From the IMG/VR virus record IMGVR_UViG_2778261463_000012, positions 1 through 18,447 of that record: a stretch of 18,447 nucleotides of DNA; one strand, written 5' to 3'. Under the pieces are notes generated by a model that was not told where the DNA came from, made no database searches, and worked only from the letters and a program-made list of their open reading frames with translations. This document shows, in pieces, positions 16,796 to 18,447 of this stretch. Source of the stretch: a virus (lineage: Duplodnaviria; Heunggongvirae; Uroviricota; Caudoviricetes). Made by a program: the position numbers and the translations under genes. Numbering within the stretch: position 1 is the first letter of the stretch; each line of letters begins with the position of its first letter.

Positions 16796-17688
16796 TTCAG
16801 ATACGTTTTGGCAAAAATTTTATTTACCTGGAAACTAATAAGTTAATTCCATCTAAGGAATTATTAGAAAACGTAAAGCGAAGCCATAAATATCATCAAA
16901 TAGTTACCTCTATCGAAAGCTTGGGTATTATTGAACCAATAATAGTATTCTATGACAAAGATAAAGATGTCACTAAGATACTTGATGGCCATTTAAGGGT
17001 TGAGGCTTTAAAAGACTTAGATATAGAAAAAGCTCCATGTATACTTTCGAGCATAGATGATGCTTTCACTCCTAACAAACAAGTGAATCATATAAATGTA
17101 GTTGAAGAACATAGAATCATAATTAAGTCTCTGGCAAAAGTATCAATTGAAAAACTTAGTGCTGCTTTGGGCATATCTGTTGATGCCATAAAAGATAAAG
17201 CTAATGTGATGAACGGCATAGATCCAAGTGTAATTGCGAAACTTTCTGATAAACCTATACCTAAGGCTACATTTGACGTTTTGAGGAAAATGAAGCCAAT
17301 TCGTCAAATTGAAGCAGTCGGTACAATGATTAATTTTGATAATTATAGTAAAAAATTTGCAATGAGCATCTTGGATGCAACACCGTCATCGATGATAGTA
17401 AATAAAGGGAAAAACACTCCCTATAAAAAGGACATAAAAAAAACCATACTTCGTCTGGAACAAGAAATGGCAACAACTTCGGAAGAAACGAAAAAACTTC
17501 AAACCGAGTATGGTTCAGATATGTTGAAATTCGTTATAATCCAGTCATATATTAATAAATTACTTGGCAACTCTAAAGTTCTTCATTGGTTCTTAGAAAA
17601 CGAGGTTGATTATCTTAATGAGTTAAAAAGAATTTCTAGAATAAATTCTTTGGATGATAAGACTCTTACTGAAAACAGCCAGTCATAG
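16792..17688 (+). CDS. ParB/Srx-superfamily (ParB N-terminal domain-like) protein, paralog 2 (298 aa)
   Basis: ParB-like N-terminal motifs (IIEPIIVFYDKDKDVTKILDGHLRVEAL; VVEEHR). ATGA overlap with the preceding gene; RBS AGAGG. Same length as paralog 1. Confidence 0.7.
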   Translation: MIQIRFGKNFIYLETNKLIPSKELLENVKRSHKYHQIVTSIESLGIIEPIIVFYDKDKDVTKILDGHLRVEALKDLDIEKAPCILSSIDDAFTPNKQVNHINVVEEHRIIIKSLAKVSIEKLSAALGISVDAIKDKANVMNGIDPSVIAKLSDKPIPKATFDVLRKMKPIRQIEAVGTMINFDNYSKKFAMSILDATPSSMIVNKGKNTPYKKDIKKTILRLEQEMATTSEETKKLQTEYGSDMLKFVIIQSYINKLLGNSKVLHWFLENEVDYLNELKRISRINSLDDKTLTENSQS

Positions 17689-18241
17689 TCATGGTTTTAT
17701 ATAGCCTAAATAAACCAAGAAGTATACTTACACAACGACCTTCACGCCGAAGAAGCTGTCAGATACGCCAGCAACCAAAGCATTGCGTTTAAGAGTCAGT
17801 CATTGATACGAAGGGATAACTGCGTATCAGCAGCCGGACATTGAGTCGAATAAAGGCTGGTAGAGAGGGACAGTTCTGTGTCACCGGGAGATTAGTCAGA
17901 AACATCAGCGGCAGAACAGATGAACCAGCAATTGGTAGTGTACAGAAAACTCTCCAGTATATAATTATTCAACTTAACACTAAAAAAATCACATAGTTAA
18001 TATCATAATTTTTCTTTGGTCTACTTATGCGAGAGATATTGTGGCTTCAACCTGGTATTAGGAGTCGTTTCAGATAAAAGATGTTCTTCGATTCGACTGG
18101 ACTTGGTAATAGCAATAAGTAATCGTGAATATTGAAGGACGAAAGGCTACTTCAAAACAAAGTAACCTTTCCAATATTCCCATATATGGGACAAGTGGCA
18201 CATTAACTGCACATAGTGCAGGATACATATGACATAAAACT

Positions 18242-18447
18242 TAGACTGGCCCCCTGAATCTCCAGACAACCAATATCACTTAAATAAGTGATAGTCTTAA
18301 TACTAGTTTTTAGACTAGTCATTGGAGAACAGATGATTGATGTCTTAGGGCCGGAGAAACGCAGACGGCGTACCACACAGGAAAAGATCGCAATTGTTCA
18401 GCAGAGCTTTGAACCGGGGATGACGGTCTCCCTCGTTGCCCGGCAAC
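18242..18447 (+). mobile_element. IS2 (IS3 family) left end, truncated by the window edge
   Basis: Terminal sequence TAGACTGGCCCCCTGAATCTCCAGACAACCAATATCACTTAAATAAGTGATAGTC matches the IS2 left inverted repeat region as I recall it, followed by the start of the IS2 OrfA gene. Confidence 0.8.
18333..18447 (+). CDS. insC: IS2 transposase OrfA (InsC), N-terminal 38 codons; partial
   Basis: Translation [38 protein letters not shown] matches the IS2 OrfA N-terminus. GGAGAA precedes ATG 18333. Confidence 0.8.

Overview
Mosaic accessory region that reads as a tandem array of integrative elements sharing a tmRNA (ssrA) 3'-end attachment core. (1) 21-4055: an AT-rich, co-directional gene block (three hypotheticals, a small 2-TM protein translationally coupled to an SPFH/band-7 lipoprotein, two more hypotheticals) ending in an excisionase-like ORF and a tyrosine integrase transcribed toward the att core. 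(2) 4189-12674: a compact P4-like satellite, bounded by a perfect 26-nt ssrA 3'-end copy and a degenerate second copy. It carries a P4-type integrase, the P2/P4 cos sequence, psu, delta, a 5'-truncated sid, a small ORF, the 777-aa alpha primase-helicase and the crr iteron repeats. Between int and cos sits an AT-rich two-gene operon of unrecognised proteins (one membrane-anchored), in the position where P4-like satellites carry variable anti-phage cargo; this is the best candidate for an undescribed system. (3) 12841-18447: a second P4-type integrase followed by an AT-rich operon of a large serine recombinase and two tandem ParB/Srx-like paralogs, then an IS2 left end cut by the window edge. 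All calls come from reading the sequence and the ORF track; no searches were run.
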